Assembly: GCF_009914755.1 (NCBI RefSeq)
Contig: NC_060932.1
DNA length: 64,000 nucleotides
Direction: 5' to 3' (one strand)
Source of the DNA: the human T2T-CHM13v2.0 reference genome, Homo sapiens
The notes below the pieces were generated by a model that saw only the letters and a program-made list of their open reading frames with translations, made no database searches and was not told where the DNA came from. This document shows positions 16,581 through 30,690 of the stretch, piece by piece (the first letter of the stretch is position 1; every line of letters begins with the position of its first letter). A program made the position numbers and the translations under genes.

Positions 16581-16950
16581 ATTTATTCATTCAACATAGT
16601 TTCTGAGGGCCAACTATGTGTCAGGCATTGAGTAAAGTGTTGAGTAAGGTGCTGAGGATACAACTGTGAACAAGGCAGAGAAGAAACTTACCCTGAGTGA
16701 GCTTATAGTCTACCTAGAGAAAAGAAATAAATAAACAAGGAAGAGCAGTGACTAATCCCAGTTTGGTATAACAACAAGGGGTTCTGGGGGTAAAAAGGAA
16801 GAACACAAACAAGGATAGCAAAAACTGGCCAGGTGAAAAGAGAGGATTGAGTGATTCCAACAGAAGAAATGGCAGGAGACCTGGGAAAGGCCCAGATGAA
16901 GAGAGAATGTGGCTTCTTAAGGGAACTGAGACAAGTTCAGTGGTATTAGC
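16581..16950 (-). mobile_element. L2 LINE 3' fragment
   Basis: ATTTATTCATTCAACA...ACTATGTGTCAGGCATTG...GGTGCTGAGGATACAACTGTGAACAAGGCAG...GAGCTTATAGTCTA is the reverse complement of the L2 3' end. Confidence 0.75.
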
Positions 16951-17782
16951 AATTTCTGTGGTGTTTGGTTAAATTTTTCAATTCCAGGAAATAAAAGATT
17001 AACACATAAATATTGTAGAAAATTTGTTTTCCTGAAAACATTAGATAATAATGTATCATATGTATTGACAAAAGTTCACATCAAGTTTTCATACATAATG
17101 TTTACTACTGGATTATGGATAGTTTTCCTACATAATTATGTCAAGTAAAAAAGCATTACTGAAATGACATAAATTTTTTCTTTAAAATATTGTCTGATTT
17201 TGATGCATTTTTTCATTTTCTGATAAGATAATGCCAATCGTCCTTTTTTTTATCATCAGGAATTAAATATAACCCTGTAAATATAATCATTATATTCTAT
17301 ATATTACATATTAATGTATATGTACATACATATAATTTATTTTAAATTGATCTCTTCCTAAAAGCTTAATAGTCTGGCTATGAAGCACAAGATGACACAT
17401 TTAATTTCCAATAGGGTTCCTGTTTACTGCGCCACAGATGCAGAGGCATTGATGGTTTTAAAATCACTCTTGTCCATCAGGCTGGAAACTAAAGTACCAA
17501 TGCAACCCCAAATGTCATACATACATTCTTCTTATGGGCAAGGGCATTTCAGACTTCTAAAATATCCAATCAATTAATTTATTCATATATTATGTATTTA
17601 TTGGGCATATATTTAAATTCGAAGAGAAAATTATTGCTCTCTAAGAAGCAATAATCTACCTTTGTTAAAGAAACAAGGCTCACATTAAACATTTCAGTAA
17701 TAATACAGGAGGAGACATGATTTAGCACCAAAATGAGCAGTGTAAACAGTAAATTCCCTTGAAAGTAATCAGTTAAGTACTT

Positions 17783-18106
<324 letters not shown>

Positions 18107-20145
18107 AAAGTAATCAGTAAGTACTAAATGTTTGCTATCTTTTATTAATATTTCTATTATTTCTTTCGTTCATAATAAAATAACCAACGTGGTCAATGGC
18201 AGAGGAAACAGTTAACAGAGATGAGAGTGAAGATTATCCTGAGAGAGAAGTAAGAATTGCACAGCTACAGGGGACAGAAAAGGGGATTCCAGCAAACAGG
18301 AGTAAGAGAAACAAACGGTTGCTAACAATATTAACATATGTCAAGAAACAGAGAAGAAGCTAGGTTTAAACCAAATGGCTCACATGGAAGACGTGGTTGC
18401 CAAGGTTAATAAGACAGAATCTTGAATCCCAGTTGATGAGGCTGGACCACTTGGAGAAAGCAGGAAGCCACTTGAAGTTTCTAAAAAGAAGAGATTAGGA
18501 AAACTAAACTAGATGTGGTGTGACATGTAGACGGAAGAAGGGAAAGGTAGAAAATGAAGAAAAGTGATGGGTTTCAAAACAAATCTTCAACTCTGATCGT
18601 AAAAGGAAGTGGAATTTTTAAAACCCCAGAAATATCGCACAGGTTCAGATAAAAAGATGGGGTGACTGGTATACATTAATGGAGACATTAATGATACTGG
18701 ATTTTTCCAGAATTTATGTGCTATGATCATCTTTATATAGCTATATTGGAGTTATGACTATCAATATTTTATTTATCTGTTACATTATTTGTATTCTTGC
18801 CTGGACAGTGTTCTTTTGTTGTCATTCATATTGATATTATCACACCTTAGTACAGTATCCCATAAATGAGTAGGTGCTGCTTAATAAATATTTGCTGCAT
18901 GAACTTATTGAAGTTACTCATGTTTGCTGAACAAGCTTCATGAAACTTATTGAAAAGACAAAAATAGAGCTGATCAACTCACTAACTTAGCTCTTGACAC
19001 CCATCTGTTTGTTTCCATTGACTGCCTGACTGTACTTAGTGTTTTATTCTAGCCCCGTTTATCCTGATCCATTATAATTCTTAAGTTCTTATACCTGTAG
19101 CATTTTACCAGGTTTTCCAAATTATTTAAAAACATAAATTTGGGTTTTCCAAAATGAGCCAGATTTTCCCAGTCCCACAGGGAGCTTTCCCAGAACTTGG
19201 TCAAAACTCAGTGATGATCCCCACTATACACCCCATGTAAATCAGTAGTTAAAATAAGGGCCAGGAAGGCTTCAACACAACACACCTCTTTAATTCAAGT
19301 CAGATCTATAAAAACGGAGACTTGACAGACCTCAGATTTAGGTGCTAAAGGTTAATCTAAAATTCCATTTTACACCAAAACTCCCCGGTAGTCACTCAAG
19401 TCTCCCAATGACTCGCCATCCAGACAGAGTTTGTTTTTGAAGTAGGAACGCTGTAAAGTCAGGGTACTTTTCCACAGAGGTTAGTAATCTTTGTGTCCAT
19501 TCCAAAACAATTCCTTTAAGACTCTGCAGTGGAGAGCCCGAAGACATGAGTGCAATGAATAAAATAGGTTGATTTGTGAATTTGTGTTAAGGTCATGAAG
19601 GTACCTTTGGGCAGAAGCCAACACTGCCTTTAAGGCCCCAAAAATTGACATTGTTCTCAAGTGTGAGGTAACAGACCTCACAGAAAAGGTGTGGGCAGAG
19701 ATCTCCTTTTAGCTCCAAAAGCAAATCTGGGCAAAACTACCCCTTTGCCAAAGTTGGACAGGATACAGACAGAAATATACACACTTACACACAGAGTTTT
19801 ACACATACACTCAGGAAAGACACAGATTCAAAGGATTATGCAAGCACATTAACCAAAACCAACAGTGGTTTTGGCGGGGTTTTTACCCTCTTCTTTGAGC
19901 TTACTCACATCTTTACTTTCTTAATTCCCACAGTAATATGTATAATTGGCCTATTTTACAAAGTTTTTTTTAAAGGGAATAAACAGAAAAGAGAGTACAA
20001 ATTAAATGAATAAGATAATGTATACTGAAATAGATTGTAAATGCAATGTGCTATAATTTCTTATATTCCTCCTATCCTTCCCCCATTAGACTATAAACTG
20101 CTAACAGGTAGCACACAAAGTGGCCACTCTATATATACTGAATGA

Positions 20146-20517
<372 letters not shown>

Positions 20518-20657
20518 AGTCAATCACTATATGATTACAAAATGCAGGCAGCCAAACAATTTTGGGTGGAAGGATAAAAGCAAATTTGACCAGATTTCCC
20601 TTGTTTTCATTTTTCAAAATCATTGACTCTTATGCTTTAAGATCAATGTTTCTCTTA

Positions 20658-21042
<385 letters not shown>

Positions 21043-22696
21043 TCACTTCATGAGGTAAACCCTTGATATAAGACTAATGTCTCTTGTGACAAACTGAGAG
21101 ACCTTAACTTCTTAAAGTAGTCAATACTCAGTAGTAGTTACATATATTATTGACAGTATAGTAAATGTACAGTATGTTACAGTATTAGCAACACATACTT
21201 TCACAGTATCAAAACACCTTAATTCCATAATCTGCATCCAGAGAAAGTCTTAAGAAAGATTAAAACATAATTTAAGCATCAACTTTATACTTGATAATTT
21301 CAAAAATTTCCAAGAAAAAAAATTCTCTATAAAAGGCACTTTGCAGAAATTCCTCGTGATGGATTATTAATTTTATGTACCTCTTTCTACCTGAACCTGG
21401 TTTCTCCTAATATCCATCTATATGTTAATTGGTAAAAGAGACACAGGTTCATTATGGGAATGATAAAACAATCTCCTCTGAATTTGATAATGATTATCTT
21501 TTCTTTCATGATGGAAAACATGCATTTCCTTAAATCACTGAAGGACATAATATCCTCTCCCTACTCCACAATGCCTCCCCATGCCTGCCTTTAGAAGTCT
21601 TTGCAACGACAAAATGATGTGCATGGAGTTTTAAGCTTTTAAAAGACACAGGTCTACTGTTCAAAACTGTTATCTGTCAGTGTTGTTCGTGTTCACAGGA
21701 ATAAGCAAATCATAGTACTAATATGAACACGCATAAAACAGCAGGTCTTTGGGAAAAACCCTGGAAATGAATTGCTGGTAACTAACACACCTACAGTACC
21801 AATGCCTGTATCCAGTATGTGTTCCAAAGGACTGAAAGCAATACAACTTTACCTAATTTTCTCAACTCCTAACGTATCCGTAAGTGTTGAAGGGCGTAGT
21901 CTATGTTCAAATTAGGAGAGGCTCTTGGTTAGAGGTAAACTCAAGCGCTGAAAACTAAGTTTTGGATAATTACAGTTCAAGATGTAACACTCTCATTTAT
22001 ACCCACTCTCCCTTATATAACAGGTAAGCCTCTGAGGTTCAGAGTCTGACAATGGAACTTCTACATTTATTCAGGTATTTGGCAGCCAGCAGGTCGGAAG
22101 CAATTCAATTGCTTAAACCTGATTTTACTACCTAACTTGGGGGTGGGGAGGTGTTGCAGGGAACAGTCTGGATTCATATGTATCTGGTTTTCTGTTTTGG
22201 AATATAACTTAAAATATTTTTGAAGAAATATGGTAAAGTGATTATCCTTCTGGAACTAGATACACCGACACTGTCACATTAACTCACAGCTTGTTAAATA
22301 CTGTGCAATCTTTCTATAACATTCTTTGTTATGAGACTAGAATCAGCATATGGGAATTGCTCTTTTCCTGCTAAACTGAAGTCATTACTAACTACTCATC
22401 TGTGACATGTACTCTTTCTTGTAACCAGGGATTTTAGCTTCACAAAATTTAGAAACTGCCGCATTGTTTCTTGGCATTGCTTTCAAATGTGACATCATTT
22501 AAATTTTGGAATATTCCATTTTAGCAAATACACTAGTGGGTGCCAGGTTAAAGATGACTGCCCAAAAAGGGGCAGCAGCATCTCTGTAGGGAACAACCAC
22601 AGATTATTCTTTCAACCTATACCATCCCACGCCTTTCACCAGAGGCATACTGAATTACAATGAGCTCAATAAATACATTTCAAAAATGGGTTATCA

Positions 22697-23068
<372 letters not shown>

Positions 23069-23104
23069 TCAGTTTTCCTAATTTCCAAAGTCTAAAATAT
23101 ATGT

Positions 23105-23391
23105 GTAATCCCAGCACTTTGGGAGACTGAGATGGGAAGAATTCCTTGAGGCCAGGAGTTCAGGACCAGCCTGGAAAATACAGCAAGACTCCGTCTTTAC
23201 AAAAAATTAGAAAATTAGCAAAGGCATGATGGCTTGTGCCTGTAGTCCCAGCTATTTAGGAGGCTGAGGCTGGAAGAGCCCTTGCGCCCAAGAGTTCAAG
23301 GCTACAGAGAGCTATGATCGCACCACAGGACACCAGCCTGGGCAACACAGCAAGACCCTATCTCAAAAAAAGAAAAAAAAAAGAAAAGAAA
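23105..23391 (+). mobile_element. Diverged AluJ(o)-type SINE followed by a (TA)/(CA) microsatellite
   Basis: TGTAATCCCAGCACTTTGGGAG...CCTGTAGTCCCAGCTA...GAGTTCAAGGCTACAG...CCAGCCTGGGCAACACAGCAAGACCC. Confidence 0.9.
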
Positions 23392-23999
23392 ACATATATG
23401 TATATATATATATACACACACATACACATTCAAGACACTACATACATAATAGTCATATATACGATATGAATACAAACAGAAACATACAGATGGACCTACT
23501 GACTCCTTTATTGCTGAGCAAAAAAATAATACAGAACTGTGTTTAAATGACAAAGATGACAGAAAATCAGTATCATTCACAGCCTCTGAAAGTCTTATTT
23601 TGGAAATTTTTGTATGATTTCTAGAACTTCTTCCATTATTTAAAAACTTACATAACCAAAAGAGTAATTCTAATCATCTCATCAATACACTCCATAAGCC
23701 TCCAATTATGAAACTTGTGAATTTTATAATCCAAATACAATTCAATAGCAGCACCTGCCAACAAAAATTTAAAATTGGTACTCTCAATTAGGGACACCTT
23801 TTCTATCAAAAAATAACTCCAAAGGTGCATGGTAATTTCTCCTAGAAAATATGAATGACTGTGTCAGTGTTTAAAAAAATGCTTTGATAATCTAACCCCA
23901 GCAAAAACATTAGTAAGTTTAATCATTTTTATTATTCCCCAAAAAGACATATTTGGTTAATGTTTTTATCTGATAATAAAAGCATGCTTACTTCGTGAA

Positions 24000-24030
<31 letters not shown>

Positions 24031-24050
24031 TTTAACGTTATATATATATA

Positions 24051-26368
24051 ACACCTCGGAGATACTACACCTCGGAGATACTACAGATTCAGTTTGAGAC
24101 TACTAAAATAAAGTGAATATTGCAATAAAGCAAGTCACAAGAATATTTTGGTTTCCCAGTGCATATAAAAGCTACATTTACATTACACAATGGTCTATTA
24201 AGTGGGCAATAGTATTATGTTTAAAAAATACACTTAGTTAAAAACATTCTTTATTACTAAAAAATACTAACAGTCACCTGAGTCTTGAGCAATTGGTAAT
24301 CTTTTTGCTGGTCTTGCCTCATTGTTGATAGCTGCTCAGTGGAGGTCTTTGCTGAAGCTGGGGGTGTCTATGGCAATTTCTTAAAATAAGGCAACAATGA
24401 AGCTTCCCACATCAACTGACTCTTCTTTCATGAATGATTTGTTTGTAGCATGCAATGCCACTTGATAGCATTTTACCCACGCTAGAACTTCTTTCAAAAT
24501 TGGAGTCAATCATCTCCAACTTTAATGCTGCTTTATCAACTAAGTTGATGGAATATTCTAAATCTTTTGTCATTTTGACAATGTTCACAGCATTTCCACC
24601 AGGAATAGCTTCCATCTCAAGAAACCACTTTCTTTGCTTATCTTTAAGAAAAAGCAACACCTCATCCATTCCAGTTTTATCAGGAGATTGCAGCAATTCA
24701 GTCATATCTTCAGGCTCCACTTCTAATTCTAGTTCTCTTGCTATTTCTACCACATCTGCACTTACTTCCTCCACTAAAGTCTTGAAGCCTTCCAAGTCAT
24801 CCATGAGAGCTGGAATCAACTTCTTCCAAACTTCTGCTAATGTTGATGTTTTGACATCCTCCCATGAATCATGAATGTTCTTAATGGTATCTCAAATGAT
24901 GTATCCTTTCCAGAAGGTTTTCAACTCACTTTGTCCAGATCCACCAGAGGAATCACTATGGCAGGTATAGCTTTATGAAATGTATGTCTTAAATAATGAC
25001 TTGAATTTTGAAATTTCTCCTTGATCCAAGGACTGCTGAAAGGATGTTGTGTTAGCAGGCATGAACATAACATTCATCTCTTTGTACATCTCCATCAGAG
25101 CTTCTGGGGTGACTGCGTGCATTGTCAGTGAGCAGGAATACTTTTAAAGGAATCTTTTTCCAAGTAGTAGGTCTCAACAGTGCACTTCAACTATTCAGTA
25201 AACCATACTGTAAACAAATGTGCTATCCTTCAGGCTTTGCTGTTCCTTTTATAGAGCACAGCTCCACAGAGTAGATTTAGCATAATTATTAAGGGTCCCA
25301 GAATCTTTGGAATGCTAAATGAGCAATGGATTCTACTTCAAGTCACCAGCTGCATTAGCCCCTAACTAGTCAGCCTGTCCTTTGAATGTGCTCCTTTGTC
25401 TCCACTGAAAATCTGTTGTTTAGTGTAGCCACTTTCATCACTGATCTTAACTAGATCTTCTGGATAATGTGCTGCAGCTTCTTCATCATCACTTGCTGCT
25501 TCACCTTGTACTTTTATGTTATGGATGTGACATATCTCTTTAAAACCCATGAACCAACCTCTGCTAGCTTCAAACGTTTCTTCTGCAACTTCTTTATCTC
25601 TCTCTCAGCTTTCACCGAATCAAACAGAGGGCCTTGCTCTGGATTAGGCTGTGCCCTAAGGGAATGTCGTGGCTGGCTTGATCTTCTACCCAACCACTAA
25701 AACTTTCTCCATATCAGCAATAAGGCTGTTTTTGCTTTCTTATCATGTGTGTGTTCAACAGAGTGGCACTTTTAATTTCCTTCAAGCACTTTTCCTTTGC
25801 ATTCACAACCTGGCCATGTGGCACAAGAGGCCTAGTTTTTGGCTTCTCTCTTTTTCAGCATGCCTTCCTCACTAAGCGTAATCATTTCTAGCTTTCAATT
25901 TAAAGTGAGAGACATGAAACCCTTCTTTTCACTTTAACACTTAGAGGTCATTGTAGGGTTATTAATAGGTTGAATTTCAAAATCATTATGTCTCAGGGAA
26001 TAGGGAGGACCAACGAGCACCAGAGAGACAAGGGAACAGCCAGACAGTGGAGCACTCAAAACAAACACATTTATCAATTAAGTTTGCCATCTTACGTGGG
26101 TACCATTCATGGCTCCCCAAAACAATAACAATAGTGACATCAAAGATCACAGACCACCAACTCGGATATAATATAATAACAATGAAAAGGTCTGAAATAT
26201 AGCAGGAATTTTCCAAATGTGACAAAGAGACATAAGGTAAACACATATTTTTGAAAAAAATGGTGCTGATAGATTTGCTTGACACAGGGTTGCCACAAAT
26301 CTTTATTTATAAAAAAGGTAACATCTGTGGAGTGTAATAAATGGAAAGTGCAATAAAACGAGGTAATT
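24051..26368 (-). mobile_element. Near-full-length Tigger1 (TcMar-Tigger/pogo-like DNA transposon), inactive
   Basis: 5' end (minus strand) TACCTCGTTTTATTGCAC...TTGTGGCAACCCTG; 3' end ATCTCCGAGGTGT; disrupted transposase-like frames at 25362-25550 ([16 protein letters not shown]) and 24412-24819; TA-rich flanks. Confidence 0.92.
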
Positions 26369-29339
26369 ACATATATATACACACACACACACATACACAC
26401 TATTAGCTTGAAATTTAGGATATGTGGTTATAACCCAGAATCACTCTGCTCTAGAGTACACCCTACAGTGGCTATGGAATCACACAACTTCTATTTATTA
26501 TTCTCCTGCCGAAAAACTGGGTGATCTCAGTAATAACAAACCATTTTTATTAACGAAGTGCTTATGATCATGTAGGATATATTCCACATAATCAAAATAA
26601 AACTTCTAAAATATCCAGTGAGAACCACAAAACATTATCTCTAAAATACTACCCCCCAAGAAAGGTTCTGAGGTATTCAAAATTAAAACAACCTACTGAA
26701 AAATAAGACAGTCATTAACTTTGAAGAGGAATTGTGTGCTCATTTTGAGGAAGAGGAAAAAATTTCATGAAATTAATGCAAAAAAGTTACTACAAGAGGA
26801 AATCCCTGGCTATCAAAAAGTCATATTTTTTAAATCATGGATTAAAATTAGGTACTAATACAAATATTTTTAAAAAATGATGGCACATGTCATTAAAGGC
26901 CCAAAGAACAAGGCAAAGATGTACAATGTGAAAAAACAATGCAAAAATACTTCTTGCAAGTTTTTCCAATTTAGACCTTGAACTCGGCACTATTGAATAC
27001 CAAAGCTTATAGAACTGAAATTCAAACATAACAGAGCTTTTGAATTTAAGGCATGTATTCTACCAAAGGATGACACTGAGCTAGCCTTTTGGGATAATAT
27101 AATGCCACTCTTTCTACAATAGCTGACGGCTAGAATGCTCAGTTTGTTCCTGTCCGTAATTATCCTAAATATAATTGTTAAAATTAAAAATAAAATAAGG
27201 CCTTAGAAATACTATTTTGAATAGTCTAAGCACTCCCATAGTTAATGACACACAGAAATTACAAAGATTAGAAACAGAACAATCATTATCATTATTTATA
27301 GAAATAAATATTCAATCGTTTGACATTCACCAAACCTGTTTTACATGTTTTATCTAAACTGATTCTTCCCCCCAAAACCTGTGCCCAGGTACTACTACTC
27401 ACAGCCTATGGGTGAGAAGACTGCATTCTAGAGAAATTATAGAATTACTTTAAGACTGGTTTTATTCCAACAGAGCCACATCACAAAAAGGAAAACATAG
27501 CTACAACCTATTGGACTTCTAACCATAGCTGGACAGAAGTCTATTCCAGACAATCACATGTCCCAAAAGGCACTGTGATGACTGAACTTTCTTTTAACTT
27601 GTATTGTACATATCTGGAGAACAAATAAACTTGAAAAGAGGTCAAAGTGCTCAAATTATAGAAAAATGCAAAATAAAACAAAAAGTTTAGAAAATACTGT
27701 GATCCACATTTATGACAACTGAAGTAATAAGTATGCCCCCCATACTCTAGGACTTGCTCCTCCAGCCATGAGAAAAATATATGGTGGACCTAAAGTCTTT
27801 ATTACTTGAATATTAAAGCCAGTGTTTCTGGTGCTGTGCTTTCAATACCTTTGTTCTAATAAGGTAATTATTTAGCTAAGACGTTTGACGGCAAACTGTA
27901 GTTATTAATAATTGGTTTAGTATTATTTTTATCATAAGGTCATGGTTTTCTCTTAAACATATTACTTTAAAAAGAGTTGCCGTGCTAAATCATATATTAA
28001 AGGGACAACTTTTTTGTGACAAAACATCTCTAGTTTTAAATACTATAACTTATGAAATCAACTCATGTTATCAACTGAAAAATTCTCCCCTACAGAAAGC
28101 AATACTAGAAGTTGAAGTGTTACAAATTAAAAAGAAGGATCTAAACTTCCTTATGTTGTTTTTTATTTATTTTAAAATTAACGAAGAAATCAAGAGATAA
28201 ATCCTGTCACCTACAAGTTAAAATGGCCACCTCACATCCAGTCATATATCAACTATTTTCTTTACCTAATATTAGGTACACTGGAAATCTCAAGGCAAAA
28301 TGAAGCAGTTGGATACAAATTATATGAATCAATATAGCTCAGTCATTGCAAAATATCTCTTGTGGAAAAATTTCAGAACAGCTCTACTAAAAATACTAAT
28401 TTTCATGATATGGCCTTACTAATATGGACTTCTAGAAAAGGAAATTAATACAGAGGGTGTAAAAAGCATGTCCGTAACAAGAATTAATTTAAAAATAAGC
28501 TTCATGATGTAAAGAAGGCAAAAACTTGATAGGGATCCACGTATAGCTACTGTCTTAAAGTTCATAATTTAAGAAAAACATAAAGGCCTCAGTTCCCAGA
28601 ATGCTAAAAATACAGTAGCCTTATATACATATATAGCCTTAGTCACTCCAAAAGGTTTCATGTGCTTTTGAAACTATTACATAAGGTAAATTTTGATTAA
28701 ATGACTTTATTTATAGTTTCTGATTGAGAATGCATGAGACACACACTTCCATCTACTCAAGAATGTTTGTGTAAGTAAATATACTTCAAAATATCAGAAA
28801 CACTTTAAGCAGCTCCTTGAAAACGCTATATGACAAAGTACATGACTAACTTAAAGACTAATAATATTTTCATTAATAAAATCTAGTACTTTATCACAAT
28901 TTTAGTTATCTCCATAAAAAATGGGCAATTTTGTTATATTCATTTGAGATTATTTTTTCAGATTGTCCTTCTTTGCCTTATTCCTGGACTCATTAATAAC
29001 CTATGCCATCATTTTAAATTTTTTTGTATTTACATTAGTGCTTAATTTTAATATGTGACAAAAAAAAAAGCATGACTTTTTGATAGCCAGAGATTTCCTC
29101 CCATAGTAAGGAACTCCCTTTTTTGCATTAATCTCATGCCTCTTACAGTTTGCCCAATGATCACAGGTGAATAAGATTTAAGGATGAGTAGCTGCTGATG
29201 AACCCAATTTGGGATCTGGCAAGAGGAAATCAGAGCGTCAAATCAAGGAGGGGTGGCAGCAAAGAGGAAGCAAAAGAGAAGACAAGAGGGAAGAGAGTTT
29301 ATGGAGAGAGGAAGCCAAGTTGGGAAGTGGGGAGAAGGG

Positions 29340-29740
29340 CAGGCTGGCCAGGGGATGCGACGCGACAGGGCAGAGGGAGTGGGGAGAAGCGGGCAGGAGG
29401 CGGCCTCCACGCAGCTGGCAGGGCAGGCAGCGCTGGGAGAGGGAGGAGGAGAGGGAGGCTGCAGGCACCGCGCAGCAGCCGAGGATGAGAGAGGTAACCG
29501 GAGGGAACGGGCGCACACAACTGCTTCCGCAGGACTTCCTGCGATAACACGCCCACAGCCCGGGCGCCGAGCACGCGTGGTGGCGGCCGCAGGCCCGGGG
29601 CTCCTGCGAGAGCGAACGCCAGCGACACACACGCAGCTCCTGTCGTGTCGCCGCTGCCGCCTAGGCAGGGCCGCAGACAGCAGCCTCCTTCCCAGACTCA
29701 GCCAACTCACTCTCACCGTAGCTGCTCCAGAATCCGTGAA
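29340..29740. promoter_or_regulatory. Intragenic (orphan) CpG island in TRPS1 intron 1; candidate alternative promoter or enhancer
   Basis: Abrupt GC/CpG-rich block (CACGCGTG, GCGGCCGC, many CpGs) in otherwise AT-rich, CpG-poor DNA; not recognisably repeat-derived. Confidence 0.85.
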
Positions 29741-30509
29741 AAGAAAATGGAATGCTATTTCTGTTCCTGATCTGCAGTTCTGATTCTTTTTTCTTCTTAA
29801 AAACAAAAGGAAAAATTTTTTTAAAGAAAATGTCCCTTATTATTATTATTTTTTTATTTCTCTCGCTACACTATCCACTAAAGCACACTGCGTCTTTAAA
29901 GCTCTTTCATAAAATATAAATTACTTAAAAATCTAACAGACACGCTGGATAATAACTGATGAAAGTACTTTTTGAAGTCTAACCCAAACCACGCTTTCTT
30001 TTTTTTTTTCTTTTTTGTCTTTGTAGCACACATAAGCTACCTCAGATTCAAAGCTGTCAATACTCCATGTGGAGCAGGGGTAGTTACCCAGGAGTATAAA
30101 TACACTAAGAAATACAAAGCCATAGGATTATCAGGACAGTACCACATCCCTGTCATTCAACAACTTCCCCTTCCAAGAGGGTGCTGATCACAGACTTTTT
30201 ACTGTAATGGGGCCAAGAAGAGACAGTTACTTAAACTAATAGAGTTCTTTTTATAACAAGAGACTGCAGATATCGCTACAGAAAGAATACCGGTTGTATG
30301 TTTCCTGAATTATTACTAAAAACATTTGTTTAAATGTCTCATATATAAAGGTGATGGCCTTATCTCTGACAATGAATTAGGGCCTAAGGAGAAAGCAAAT
30401 TGGAACACTGTTAACATTAAAAAGTCAGCTAGTCTTTGAAATACTATTATAATACTACCTTGGAAGATACAGCAACTCAAATCTTGTTCACCCACCAGAT
30501 AAGAAACAA

Positions 30510-30690
30510 AGTAGAGGGAGCCTCAGCTCTTAGGGCCAGGCTGCCTGGACTGAAATCCTGACTCTGCTACTTGCTACCTGTTGTAGCCTAGGCAATTTAT
30601 TATACTTTCCTGAGACCCAGTTCTCTCCATTCTATAAAATAAAGATGACAGCAGTTTCTATCTCAAGTGAAGACAACATACAGCACACTG
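30510..30690 (+). mobile_element. MIR SINE
   Basis: CAGGCTGCCTGGACTGAAATCCTGACTCTGCTACTTGCTACCTG...CCTAGGCAATTTATT...TCTATAAAATAAAGATGACAGCAG. Confidence 0.75.

Noticed and set aside
24455-24874. 139-aa plus-strand ORF
   Set aside because: Antisense shadow of the Tigger1 frame
29198-29806. Six overlapping ORFs up to 187 aa at the intronic CpG island
   Set aside because: Stop-codon scarcity in GC-rich DNA; low-complexity R/G/A/P products on both strands
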